Shown piece by piece: positions 46,983-57,060 of a stretch of DNA of 64,000 nucleotides; the stretch's first letter is position 1; each line of letters starts with the position of its first letter. Position numbers and translations under genes: made by a program. The DNA lies in assembly GCA_945861565.1 (NCBI GenBank), contig CAMAUY010000005.1:9749-73748 (forward strand), read 5' to 3'. This stretch comes from Akkermansia muciniphila (lineage in GTDB: Bacteria > Verrucomicrobiota > Verrucomicrobiia > Limisphaerales > UBA9464). The notes beneath the pieces were generated by a model. The model did not search any database and was not told where the DNA came from. It saw nothing but the letters and a program-made list of their open reading frames with translations.

Positions 46983-47270
46983 ATGACCCGTCAGCAAGTG
47001 CTCGACCTTTACTTTATGGATGCCCGATGCAAGTTGATCGACCTCGCCGCATTCCTCGATCGTGTCGATCGCGGGACCGGCGAAGCGGATTTCCGTCTGG
47101 CTGCCCTGCAGAACTCACTGAAGGCACTCGCCGGATCGGAGGCTTCCCGGGCGGAAAAGGTCTTGTTGACGCTGAGCGACCCGACGGTTGAACCCGTTGC
47201 GAAGGCGCTGGGCAAGGGGGCGGTGGGGGCATGGCCGGGCGCGAGCGGATCGAAGGCACCAATGCCCTGA
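46983..47270 (+). CDS. Hypothetical protein, 95 aa
   Basis: ATG start with coding-like composition. Precedes the TatD-like gene. No motif recognised. Confidence 0.45.
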   Translation: MTRQQVLDLYFMDARCKLIDLAAFLDRVDRGTGEADFRLAALQNSLKALAGSEASRAEKVLLTLSDPTVEPVAKALGKGAVGAWPGASGSKAPMP

Positions 47271-47316
47271 AAGCGCCCTCCCAAATTCCGCAACACTTTC
47301 ATCCCTATCTCCTTCC

Positions 47317-48132
47317 ATGCGTTACATCGAACCTCACGGCCACATGGTTAGCCGGACCACCGACGACTATCAGGACATGGTGACTGCCGGCTGTGCGGCC
47401 GTGTGTGAGCCAGCCTTCTGGGCGGGATTCGACCGCAGCACGATGCACGGTTTTCACGATTACTTCTGCCAGCTCACCGACTTCGAACCGAAGCGAGCGG
47501 CCCGGTATGGTCTGCCCCATTTCAGCTGGTTGTGCATCAATCCGAAGGAATCGGAAGACGTCAAACTTGCCGAGGAAGTGATCGGCATTATTCCGAGTTT
47601 TCTTCCGCGACCCAACGTGCTTGGCATTGGCGAAATCGGACTGAATAAGAATTCTCGAAACGAGATGAAGGTGCTCGAGATGCACGTTGATCTCGCCGCC
47701 CGGCACCAGCAATTGATCCTGGTGCACACGCCTCATCTTGAAGATAAATTAAAGGGCACGCGTTTGATCCTGGACGTGATCCGGTCTGATTCGCGCATCC
47801 AGCCTGGGCGAGTCCTCATTGATCACGTCGAGGAACACACGGTGCGACTGGTTTTGGATCGTGGCCATTGGGGGGGTATGACGCTCTATCCGGTGAGCAA
47901 ATGTAGTCCAGCGCGGGCGGTGGACATTCTGGATATTTGTGGCGGGGATAGGCTGTGGATGAATTCAGCGTGCGACTGGGGCGAGAGTGTTCCATTGGCG
48001 ATTCCGCGTACCGGCCTGGAAATGCGCCGACGGGGCTGGACGGCCGAGGCGGTAGATCGGGTGATTTACCAGAATCCGATCCGATTTCTCAGTCAGTGCC
48101 CGAAGTTCAACTTGGCGTCTGAACCAGTCTGA
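47317..48132 (+). CDS. TatD-related metal-dependent hydrolase
   Basis: MRYIEPHGHM (HxH metal site), GIGEIGLN, LILVHTPH, IDHVEE. Confidence 0.75.
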   Translation: MRYIEPHGHMVSRTTDDYQDMVTAGCAAVCEPAFWAGFDRSTMHGFHDYFCQLTDFEPKRAARYGLPHFSWLCINPKESEDVKLAEEVIGIIPSFLPRPNVLGIGEIGLNKNSRNEMKVLEMHVDLAARHQQLILVHTPHLEDKLKGTRLILDVIRSDSRIQPGRVLIDHVEEHTVRLVLDRGHWGGMTLYPVSKCSPARAVDILDICGGDRLWMNSACDWGESVPLAIPRTGLEMRRRGWTAEAVDRVIYQNPIRFLSQCPKFNLASEPV

Positions 48133-48256
48133 CGGGGATTCCGTCGGTTTTGTCTCATGAGGCAAAGGCCGGGCGGGGTGGATGACAAAAATCTTCACGA
48201 GTTCCAGCATCACACCCGTTACTCCTGCAAACGGGTCGATACCTTGATCGGGCTCT

Positions 48257-48312
48257 TCCCGACCGGAGCCACGTGGTAGGATTCGCACGCGAAGCCGCGA
48301 AGCAAAGCAGAG
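48257..48312 (-). repeat. REP-like repeat, inverted copy of 29081..29143
   Basis: Its reverse complement reads ccctctgctttgcttcgcggcttcgcgtgcgaatcctaccacgtggctccggtcggg. This matches 29081..29143 apart from one extra ggcttcgc unit there and a few substitutions. Confidence 0.6.
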
Positions 48313-48585
48313 GGCCTGGTCAAAACGTCTCCGGACAACCTTCGAGGAGAAACGCAAAGTGCCGGAGGGGAGAACCGCGGATTGACACGGATTGACGCGA
48401 ATAAGGGGAAGCCGTTGCTTCTCACCTTCTGAGTGAGCGCCTGGAATCAGCGTTTATCGGCGTTCATCCGTGGTTCCAACTCCGGTTTATTGGATTACTG
48501 GAATATTCAAGCAGAGGGCCTGGTGAGGCCATTTGTTGAAGGCGTGCGGTGCGTTAGGAGAAAAATAAATCATTCGTTGAGAAAG

Positions 48586-48606
48586 TATGTCTAGCAAATA
48601 GACATA
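48586..48606. promoter_or_regulatory. Palindrome TATGTCTA-gcaaa-TAGACATA in an AT-rich island upstream of ileS
   Basis: 8-bp perfect inverted arms with a 5-nt spacer, immediately 5' of the 52-bp repeat. Operator-like geometry. Confidence 0.3.
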
Positions 48607-48609
48607 TTT

Positions 48610-48661
48610 CATCAAAAAAAAGGCTGAAAACTGAATCTTTTCAGATTTTTGTCCCACACCC
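48610..48661. repeat. 52-bp AT-rich hairpin element, copy 2
   Basis: Same sequence and orientation as 2603..2655 with one G fewer. Lies about 70 nt upstream of the ileS start. Confidence 0.9.
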
Positions 48662-48727
48662 GGCCGGGCGTTTTCTCACGATTTCTAATTTTCCAACCCT
48701 GAGGCCGCCGACTAGCCTTAGCGACCT

Positions 48728-51583
48728 TTGAAGGACATGGCGATGGACTACAAGACGACGCTGAATCTTCCGCGGACCGCATTTCCGATGCAGGCCGGTC
48801 TCGTGGAGCAGGAACCGCGGCGACTCGAAAAATGGCGTGCGGCCGGGCTCTACGAGCTCATTCAGAATGCCCGTGCGGCGGCTCCCACATTCATCCTCCA
48901 CGACGGCCCGCCGTTTGCCAATGGGGACGTTCATATCGGGACGGCCTTAAACAAGATTCTGAAGGACATTATTCTTCGAAATAGGACCGTCCGCGGGTTC
49001 CGTACCCCCTATATCCCGGGTTGGGATTGTCACGGTCTGCCGATCGAGTCCAAGGTGACACAGGAACTTCGTGAGGCCGGCCAGACTGGCGTTGACGCTG
49101 CGGCGATTCGCACTGCCTGTGATGCGTATGCCCGGCGGTACATCGACCTTCAGCGTGTGCAATTTCAGCGACTTGGCATTCTTGCCGACTGGCAACAGCC
49201 CTATTTGACGCTGGACCGACACTACGAGGCGGACGAACTCCGCCTCTTTGCGGATCTTGTTGAGAAAGGATTCGTCTACCGCGGGAAGAAGCCGGTTTAT
49301 TGGAGTATTCCGTTTAAGACCGCCCTTGCCGAGGCCGAGGTCGAGTACCGGGACCACATCAGCCAGAGTGTGACCGTGAAGTTTCGCCTTGTTGGGGAAC
49401 CGAACACATCGGTGCTGATCTGGACGACGACTCCGTGGACATTACCCGCTAATCTGGCGGTTGCCTTTAATCCAGCGTTTCTTTATTCGCTCGTCTTCGC
49501 CAACGGGGAGTCGTTCCTGGTGGCCAACGACCTCATCAGTCAGGTCCGAACCAAGCTTGGTTGGGAGAATTACCAAATCATTCGCACCCTGCGAGCCGAG
49601 GAATTGTCCACCGTCGAATACGAACATCCTTTTTGCCATCGCACGGGGAAACTGATTCCGGCGGCATTTGTGGACAGTTCGACCGGCACGGGTTTTGTCC
49701 ACATCGCTCCCGGACATGGCACCGACGACTACATTCTCGGGCGCGGCGTTGGTCTGCCCGTCTTTTGTCCGGTGGATGACGACGGCCGATTCACGCACAC
49801 GAGTGACATGCCGGCGGAGGCCCAGATTCCGGCTTCCCTGCTGGGAAAATCAGTGCTCGAGAAAAACAACCGGAGTGAGGCCAACGACGCGGTCATCGCA
49901 CTGCTTACCGAGAGCAAAGCGTTGGTCCATCGCGAAGACTATCCGCACAGTTATCCTCACTGTTGGCGTTCGAAAACCCCGATCGTGTTCCGAGCGGTGG
50001 ATCAGTGGTTCATCCGCATCGATCATTCGCCGTCGGGGCAACCCTCGCTGCGCCAGAGCGCGCTGCAAGCGATTACAGATTCGGTGCATTGGGTGCCTGA
50101 CTGGGGAAAAACTCGCATCACGGGGGCAGTCGAGTCGCGTCCGGACTGGTGCATTTCGCGCCAGCGAACCTGGGGCGTGCCCATTCCGGCATTTTACGAC
50201 CGGGCGGGAGAGCCGATTCTAAACGCCGCAATTGTGCGGCGTACCGCCGACTTGATCGAGGAACACGGGTCGAATGTCTGGTTTGGCAAGACCTGCGCGG
50301 AACTTTGGCGGTTGTGCCGGCCGGTCGATTGGGCGGGACTCGACCCGGTCGCGAAATCGAACGACACCCTGGACGTGTGGATTGATTCGGGGTCGTCTTC
50401 GCGCGCCGTGCTGATGCGTCGGTTTGAATTGCAACATGGCACGCCGGCGAAACCCGGCACACCGGACGTATGGCAGGCCGATGTTTACCTCGAGGGATCC
50501 GATCAACACCGTGGATGGTTTCAGTCGTCCCTCCTTTTATCACTGGCCGGAAATGGTGTGGCACCCTTCAAGACCGTCCTCACCCACGGCTTCATGGTCG
50601 ACGAGGATCGGGAAAAAATTTCGAAATCAAAACAAGGGCAAGGTGGATACCAAAAGCCCCAAACCGCCGACCGATTCGTCAAGGAGTACGGGGCCGACGT
50701 CCTCCGGCTCTGGGTCGCATCCCAGGATTATCGAGGAGATATCGTGGTGAGCGAAGAACGGATCAAGAAGGTTGGTGAGACCTATCGCCTGATTCGGAAC
50801 ACCCTCCGGTACGAGCTTTCAAATCTCTTCGATTTTGACCCGGTGCGGCACGCTGTTTCGGATGACGCTTTGACCGGTCTGGATCGCTGGATGCTGGGGG
50901 AGTACGGCCGTCTGGAACGCGAGGTTTCCGCCGCGTATGATGCCTTCGAATTCCACGTCGTCTATCAAAAGATCGCGCAGTTCGCCTCGGTTGAATTAAG
51001 CGGTCTCTACCACGATGTGGTGAAGGACCGGCTGTACACCGACGCCGCCGGTTCGGCGCGACGGCGGAGCACACAAACGGTGCTTTACCGACTGGTCACG
51101 GGCCTGTGCCAAATGCTGTCCCCCATCCTGGTTTTCACCGCTGACGAAGCGTGGGAACACATCCCCGGGACCGATGTCGCCTCCGTTCATCTCAGCACAT
51201 GGCATCCGTCATTATTTACGCTCGCCGCGGAAGAGCAGGCGGACTGGAGGCATCTACTGGAACTTCGTGTCCGCGTTCTTCCAGAGTTGGAAAAAGCGCG
51301 ACAGGCGAAATTGATCGGGAAGGCATTGGAAGCCCGGGTTGAGATCTCGGCGGCGGGCGACGCCCTTTCCGCCGCCCAATCCCGACTCCGCGACTTTCAA
51401 GAATTGCTGAATGTCTCAGAACTCAGCATTTCGGGAACAGAAACGGCCGGTATCACGGTCACTCCGGCGCACGGTCTGAAGTGCGAGCGTTGCTGGCACC
51501 GGGAGACCGAAGTTGGACAAGATATCAATCACCCGGCGCTCTGCCCGCGATGCGTTCAAGCTTTGATGCCGACCGTGGTTTAA
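48728..51583 (+). CDS. ileS: Isoleucine--tRNA ligase
   Basis: HDGPPFANGDVHIGTALNK (HIGH), KISKSK (KMSKS), C-terminal zinc-binding CERCW...CPRC. 48728 is a TTG; ATGs at 48737 or 48743 are more likely starts. Confidence 0.95.
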   Translation: MKDMAMDYKTTLNLPRTAFPMQAGLVEQEPRRLEKWRAAGLYELIQNARAAAPTFILHDGPPFANGDVHIGTALNKILKDIILRNRTVRGFRTPYIPGWDCHGLPIESKVTQELREAGQTGVDAAAIRTACDAYARRYIDLQRVQFQRLGILADWQQPYLTLDRHYEADELRLFADLVEKGFVYRGKKPVYWSIPFKTALAEAEVEYRDHISQSVTVKFRLVGEPNTSVLIWTTTPWTLPANLAVAFNPAFLYSLVFANGESFLVANDLISQVRTKLGWENYQIIRTLRAEELSTVEYEHPFCHRTGKLIPAAFVDSSTGTGFVHIAPGHGTDDYILGRGVGLPVFCPVDDDGRFTHTSDMPAEAQIPASLLGKSVLEKNNRSEANDAVIALLTESKALVHREDYPHSYPHCWRSKTPIVFRAVDQWFIRIDHSPSGQPSLRQSALQAITDSVHWVPDWGKTRITGAVESRPDWCISRQRTWGVPIPAFYDRAGEPILNAAIVRRTADLIEEHGSNVWFGKTCAELWRLCRPVDWAGLDPVAKSNDTLDVWIDSGSSSRAVLMRRFELQHGTPAKPGTPDVWQADVYLEGSDQHRGWFQSSLLLSLAGNGVAPFKTVLTHGFMVDEDREKISKSKQGQGGYQKPQTADRFVKEYGADVLRLWVASQDYRGDIVVSEERIKKVGETYRLIRNTLRYELSNLFDFDPVRHAVSDDALTGLDRWMLGEYGRLEREVSAAYDAFEFHVVYQKIAQFASVELSGLYHDVVKDRLYTDAAGSARRRSTQTVLYRLVTGLCQMLSPILVFTADEAWEHIPGTDVASVHLSTWHPSLFTLAAEEQADWRHLLELRVRVLPELEKARQAKLIGKALEARVEISAAGDALSAAQSRLRDFQELLNVSELSISGTETAGITVTPAHGLKCERCWHRETEVGQDINHPALCPRCVQALMPTVV

Positions 51584-52134
51584 ATGGGCGACGACGCCTT
51601 GGACGCGAGATCCTCTTCGAGAAATCGGACGACATCCTTGAATTTTTCGGCGTTTTTAGGGTGCAAATGGCTGAGGACCCGATGCGCATCGAGGCAACAT
51701 TCGCTGATCGCTGATTGCTCCACGGCCGTCGCGGGTTGCTCCCGCGCTTCGCCTGCGGGCAAAGCCGCACTGACATCGGCATGAGTAATGGTGAAGAAAT
51801 CAATTACGTATAGCGTGTCGAGCAGGTCTATGACGGCCGCATTTGGACGGACGAGAACGAAGCGCCTCCCTTTCTCCGGCGACAGGTGCGGGGGCAGATC
51901 CGCGAGAGCAGAGAAAACCAACTTGCCGGAAAATGTGCTGTCCATGGTCAGGCATTCCGACAGGTCGATGATGAACTGACGAACCCCCCGGGATTGCATA
52001 CCCTCGATCGCCTGGGCGAACTCGGGTGCCTGTCGGGCAGTCGCGCGCCCGATCACCTTGAGAAAGGCGATTGGAGTCTGCTCCAGGACCAGCAGGCGAT
52101 TGGCGTCGGTCGAGCTCACGCCAGTAATGTTCAA
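51580..52134 (-). CDS. STAS domain protein (anti-sigma-factor-antagonist-like) with C-terminal extension
   Basis: FLKVIGRATARQAPEFAQAIEGMQSRGVRQFIIDLSECLTMDSTFSG fits the STAS fold pattern. Non-ATG start (TTG at 52134 or GTG at 52119). Confidence 0.6.
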   Translation of the reverse strand: MNITGVSSTDANRLLVLEQTPIAFLKVIGRATARQAPEFAQAIEGMQSRGVRQFIIDLSECLTMDSTFSGKLVFSALADLPPHLSPEKGRRFVLVRPNAAVIDLLDTLYVIDFFTITHADVSAALPAGEAREQPATAVEQSAISECCLDAHRVLSHLHPKNAEKFKDVVRFLEEDLASKASSPI

Positions 52135-52344
52135 CCCCCCGTGGCTACCGTCAAGTCATCGGACCGTCGATGCGGACGTTTTCATCGGGGTCAAACCGGT
52201 GGGGGGGACACGGAGTCGAGTGCATTGATCCCGCGTGGAATCGGAGAGCTCGGGAATCGACGGGTCGGAGACAGGTCCCAGGGCGGACCAGAACCCTCGA
52301 GAGAACGTAAAGGTTGACCCGCCGAAACTTCGGCGTCGCCGCCG

Positions 52345-53523
52345 TCAGGGGCGCAGGAACATCTCAGCGGCCGCGTCGGCGAACCGTAGTCCGGCGCGGG
52401 TGAGATGCAGCCGGTCCTCCGTTTGGACTCCCCAGCCTCGCTCGACCAGTCGGCGAATTTCGTCGTTCCACCCCGCCCGCAGGTCGAACCCGCTCCGCTG
52501 CTTGAATAGTTCAAAAGGCCAACCGGGAGTCGTGCGCAATCCGAACGCCGCTAGTTCGCCGGCCCGAGCGAGCGGTTCGAGGGCTTCAGCGAATTCCTTC
52601 GCGCGCCGCCCTTTCTCCAACTGTTCACAATATAATGTCGTGTTGGACCAGTTCCGCGATCGAACGCCTCCGACATATTCACTGGCGCTGGGGCCCAATC
52701 CGTGACTCTCGCCGCCCCGCCAGTAATTGATATTGTGGCGGCACGCATAGTCCGGCCACTCCGGCGCCATCGCATTGGAGCTGGCCATATCCCTCGGAAC
52801 GGAGCGGGCAAAGTTCGCGATTTCATACTGTCGAAAGCCGGCCGGCGCTGTCGCATCAATTAATTCGTCGTACATGCTGCAGGCGAGATCCTCGTTAACG
52901 TCGATCTCGCCCATCTGCAACTGATGAAAGAGAGGCGTGTCCTCCTCATAAATCACTTCGTAGCAACTCAGATGTTCGGTGCCCAGGGCCAGAGCTTCCT
53001 GGAGTGTCTGACGCCAGATTTCAAGGGTTTGCCCGGGGATGGCAAACATGAGGTCGATGTTCACATTCCGGAAACCGGCCGCTCGCAGGAGGTCGTAGCT
53101 GCGAAACACCATGTCCCGGCTGTGCACCCGGCCGAGGCGGTCGAGCAGGGTCTCATCGAGCGATTGAACCCCCATCGAAATCCGGTTGACACCGGCGTCG
53201 CGCAGCAGCCGAGCTTTGTCGGCAGACACCGTCGCTGGATTGCACTCGACCGTCCATTCGGTCGCACCCGTCAGCCCGCACCGGCGCATGGCTTCCAGCA
53301 CGGTTTCCCATTGTCGCAGCGTCAGCAGCGAGGGAGTTCCGCCCCCGAAGAAAATTGTGTCGGGACGGCAGCCGCCGGCGATGAGTTCGAATTCACGAAC
53401 GAGAGCGGCGACGTAGCGATTGATTTGGTCTCCGGAGGCCGGGGCAGAATAGAAGGCGCAGTACTCACATTTGTGAGCACAAAATGGGACATGCACGTAG
53501 AGGCTGCGGACGGGGTCGGACAT
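52345..53523 (-). CDS. hemW: Radical SAM heme chaperone HemW (coproporphyrinogen III oxidase-like)
   Basis: LYVHVPFCAHKCEYCAF (CxxxCxxC), FFGGGTPS. ATG at 53523. Confidence 0.85.
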   Translation of the reverse strand: MSDPVRSLYVHVPFCAHKCEYCAFYSAPASGDQINRYVAALVREFELIAGGCRPDTIFFGGGTPSLLTLRQWETVLEAMRRCGLTGATEWTVECNPATVSADKARLLRDAGVNRISMGVQSLDETLLDRLGRVHSRDMVFRSYDLLRAAGFRNVNIDLMFAIPGQTLEIWRQTLQEALALGTEHLSCYEVIYEEDTPLFHQLQMGEIDVNEDLACSMYDELIDATAPAGFRQYEIANFARSVPRDMASSNAMAPEWPDYACRHNINYWRGGESHGLGPSASEYVGGVRSRNWSNTTLYCEQLEKGRRAKEFAEALEPLARAGELAAFGLRTTPGWPFELFKQRSGFDLRAGWNDEIRRLVERGWGVQTEDRLHLTRAGLRFADAAAEMFLRP

Positions 53524-53645
53524 TGCGGGTAGAGTCTGGATGCCTGGACGGTGTGGGCAAGGGGAAGAATGGCAAGGCGCCACGGTGTCGGCGGTTGATC
53601 CGTTGACAGGGCACGTGCTGGGGTAGTAATTGGGCCGCTATTGAC

Positions 53646-56600
53646 ATGACCGACGCACCTTCCTCGATTCAACCGGGTGGATTTGAAGATCTTGCCCGCC
53701 TCGCCTGCAAAGTTACGGATACACCGCTGGCCTTCATTGGCTGGCGGTTGGGGACGGAGCTGAGATGGGTCTCTCCGCCGGGGGTCGGCCCCGAGGAAAG
53801 GGATTGGGTGCAGGCGATGTGTTTTCGCGGACTCGATGATCCAGCGCGACGGGAGGTCGTGGATTTGCGGCGGGATTTGGCGCCGGCTGTTCCGGCACCG
53901 ACTGGAGACGATCCAGCCTTGCAGTATTTTTTGATGCGGGTGGGGCCGGTGTCGGCTTCGGGAGAGGTCTGGTTTCTGGGGGTGGCGGACCGCCGGATAC
54001 GGCGCCTGACTCCCGAGCAGCGGCAGGGTTTGGAGACCCTTCATCAGCAGGTCCTCCTGCGTCGTGAGCAATGGCAGCACAGCTCGAACCTGGCTCGCAC
54101 GGCCGCGGAGGTGCAGCGGTTGGAGGCCGCCCGGCGCGAGCAGGAGGCATTTTATCAGGCATTGGTTGAAAGCCTGCCGCAGAATATTTTCCGGAAAGAT
54201 TTGGAGGGCCGGTTCACCTTCGCCAACGGTCGATATTGCGCGACGCTGGGACGGCCGTTGGAAGCGATCCTCGGAAGGACGGACAGCGATTTTGCCCCCC
54301 CGGAGTTGGCGGCCAAGTATCGACTCGATGATCAAAAGGTTTTGCAGAGCCTCGAGCCGCTGGAGGTGGTTGAGAAAAACATCACGCCGGATGGGACCGT
54401 CCATTGGGTTCACGTAATCAAGACACCGATCCTGGGTGCCGGTGGGCGACCGGTCGGGATTCAAGGCATCTTTTGGGACATCACCCGGGAGCATGACACG
54501 GCGGAGAAGCTGCGACAGGCCGAGGCAAACTATCGCGGATTTGTCGTCAATGCCCGGGATGGAATTTTTCAGACGACTCCCAATGGTTCGTACCTGAGTG
54601 CAAATTTGGCACTCGCACGGATCTATGGCTTTAGGTCGCCGGAGGAGCTGGTTGCGAAGTGGACCGACATCGAGCATCAGCTCTACAGGGATCCGGTCCG
54701 GCGGAGCGAGTTCGCACGCTTGATGGCGGAGAACGATGTTGTCGACCAATTCGAGAGCGAGGTGTACCGGGCGGACGGGAGTGTGATTTGGATTTCTGAG
54801 AACGCGCGGGCGGTGCGGGATTCCGCGGGCCATTTGCTGCGCTACGAAGGGACGGTCGAAGACATCACGGCGCGGAAACGGGCGGAGGAGGCGTTGAGCC
54901 GGGCGAATGAGGAATTGAAAAAGGCGCGCGACGCAGCGGTCGATTCAGCGGCGATCAAAGCCCGGTTTCTTGCCAACACGTCCCACGAGCTTCGGACGCC
55001 CATGAACGCGATCGTCGGCTTTACCCAACTGCTGCTCGACACGCCGCTCAAGGACGAACAGCGGGAGTATGCGGCAACCGTCCGGGCGTCCGCACGTTCC
55101 CTGTTGACGTTGCTGAACGACATCCTCGACTTTTCGAGGATCGAGAGTGGGAAGGTGACTTTCGAACGGTTGGAGTTTTCGCCGCGGCAGCTGATCGAAG
55201 AAACTGCGGACTTAATGGCGGAGTTGGCCTTTCCGAAAGGCCTCGAACTGACCGCCCGCTTGGATCACAGGCTGCCCAGCCTAGTTATCGGCGACTCCGG
55301 GCGGATTCGGCAGATTTTGACCAATCTCTTGGGGAACGCGATCAAGTTCACCGCGCAGGGGGAAGTGTCCTTGCGCGTCGAAGTGGAGGCAGAAACGGAG
55401 CGGGACTGCCGGTTGCGCTTTTTGGTGAGCGATACGGGGATTGGAATTCCGACCGAGGCCCAAGCGCGGATCTTTGAGGCCTTCACCCAGGCGGATGAAT
55501 CGACGACCCGTAAATACGGTGGCAGCGGACTTGGCTTGAGTATTTCCCGTCAAATCGTCGAACAACTCGGGGGTCAGATCGGATTCACGAGCGAGCCGGG
55601 CAAGGGATCCATTTTCTGGGTTACCCTACCGCTGGAGGTCGTGGCGGATGAGGCGGCGAAGGCGGATTTACCTCGGCTGTCCGCATGCCGGATTTTGATT
55701 GTGGATGACCAGCCGAGCGCCCGAGCATTGATACGACACGAACTGGAGCCTCTCGGTGCGGAATGCATCGAAGCGCACAGCGGAGCGGTTGTTCACGCGA
55801 TCCTCGATCGGCAGAGGAGGTCCGGGGCTCCGATCTCGATTGTTTTGCTCGACCTACAAATGCCCGACGTGGATGGGATCGCGTTGGCTCAGGAATTAAG
55901 ACAGGATCCGGCCTATTCCCAGACGGGGATTGTGATCATTGCTCCGATGGGGCAGCAGGTAGACCGCGAATTCCTGCGGCGAGCGGGTGTGGACGGATGT
56001 TTGATCAAACCCATCAAACAATCGCGGCTGCGGGATTGCGTGCAAAAGGTGGTGCATCGCGAAGATGCGCTCGATGGGGGGGGGACGGGTCCCATGGTCA
56101 AAATAGAGGCACCGGCGGCACCGGCGGCACCGGCGGCACCGACGGCGAGGGGGCTCTCGCCCCTGAAGATCCTGCTGGCAGAAGACAATCTGGTGAACCA
56201 AAAGGTGGCCTTAGCCCAATTGCGAACGCTGGGGTATGCGGCCGATGTAGTGGCAAACGGGCGCGAAGTTCTCAAGGCACTTGATCAAACTCGGTATCAC
56301 ATCGTCCTGATGGATTGCCAAATGCCCGAGCTGGATGGCTACGAGGCTACGCGGTGTATCCGACGGGCGGAGACGGATGGGCGCTATGGAAATCGGTGGG
56401 CGCATCATGTCATCGCGGTGACGGCAAATGCAATGCGGGGAGATCGCGAAAAATGTCTCGCTGCGGGGATGGACGCCTTCCTCACGAAGCCCATCGAGAT
56501 TGAGACACTGCGGGCTGCCCTGGAGCAGGCGGGGGAGCGGTTTGGAAACGTTCCGGTCATGGAATCCGGCGTCACGTCACGCGGGGGTGCGCCGGGATTG

Positions 56601-56996
56601 ATTGTACCGGAGCCGAGTTCATCGGTTGGGGCGGAAGAGGCACCGGTGCTGGACCCCACTTTTCTTCGCCAGCTACGGACACTGTCGCCGACGGGAGGAC
56701 CGAATGAAGCGGTTGAGTTGATAGACCTTTTCCTGTCGGAATTCTCCATGCGAATTGACGCGGTGGTACGGTTGGTGAAGGAGCGAGATTCGGATGCGGT
56801 CCGACTCGCCGTTCATACCTTGAAGGGAAGCGCCGGCAATTTGGGTGGCCGTGATTTTGCGAGAACCGCGGCGGCCTTGGAGCAGGCCGTCAAGGCGGCT
56901 GATTGGGGGCGATCAGATGCCGTGGTGGTGGCCCTCGAAAAGGCGGCTCAACTTTTGTCGGGGGCATTGGCGGCTGAACGCGCGCGAGGCGGTTAG
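53646..56996 (+). CDS. Hybrid sensor histidine kinase / response regulator (GAF-like, 3 PAS, HisKA, HATPase, 2 REC, HPt)
   Basis: H-box SHELRTPMNAI, G-boxes DTGIGI and GGSGLGLSI. Two receiver domains (LLDLQMPDVDG, LMDCQMPELDG). HPt motif HTLKGSAGNLG. Confidence 0.9.
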   Translation: MTDAPSSIQPGGFEDLARLACKVTDTPLAFIGWRLGTELRWVSPPGVGPEERDWVQAMCFRGLDDPARREVVDLRRDLAPAVPAPTGDDPALQYFLMRVGPVSASGEVWFLGVADRRIRRLTPEQRQGLETLHQQVLLRREQWQHSSNLARTAAEVQRLEAARREQEAFYQALVESLPQNIFRKDLEGRFTFANGRYCATLGRPLEAILGRTDSDFAPPELAAKYRLDDQKVLQSLEPLEVVEKNITPDGTVHWVHVIKTPILGAGGRPVGIQGIFWDITREHDTAEKLRQAEANYRGFVVNARDGIFQTTPNGSYLSANLALARIYGFRSPEELVAKWTDIEHQLYRDPVRRSEFARLMAENDVVDQFESEVYRADGSVIWISENARAVRDSAGHLLRYEGTVEDITARKRAEEALSRANEELKKARDAAVDSAAIKARFLANTSHELRTPMNAIVGFTQLLLDTPLKDEQREYAATVRASARSLLTLLNDILDFSRIESGKVTFERLEFSPRQLIEETADLMAELAFPKGLELTARLDHRLPSLVIGDSGRIRQILTNLLGNAIKFTAQGEVSLRVEVEAETERDCRLRFLVSDTGIGIPTEAQARIFEAFTQADESTTRKYGGSGLGLSISRQIVEQLGGQIGFTSEPGKGSIFWVTLPLEVVADEAAKADLPRLSACRILIVDDQPSARALIRHELEPLGAECIEAHSGAVVHAILDRQRRSGAPISIVLLDLQMPDVDGIALAQELRQDPAYSQTGIVIIAPMGQQVDREFLRRAGVDGCLIKPIKQSRLRDCVQKVVHREDALDGGGTGPMVKIEAPAAPAAPAAPTARGLSPLKILLAEDNLVNQKVALAQLRTLGYAADVVANGREVLKALDQTRYHIVLMDCQMPELDGYEATRCIRRAETDGRYGNRWAHHVIAVTANAMRGDREKCLAAGMDAFLTKPIEIETLRAALEQAGERFGNVPVMESGVTSRGGAPGLIVPEPSSSVGAEEAPVLDPTFLRQLRTLSPTGGPNEAVELIDLFLSEFSMRIDAVVRLVKERDSDAVRLAVHTLKGSAGNLGGRDFARTAAALEQAVKAADWGRSDAVVVALEKAAQLLSGALAAERARGG

Positions 56997-57060
56997 GTCA
57001 GGTGTTGTCCGTGTCCCGCGTCGCCGACCTTCTTCAAGAAAAGCAGGCAGGGTTGCCGCC

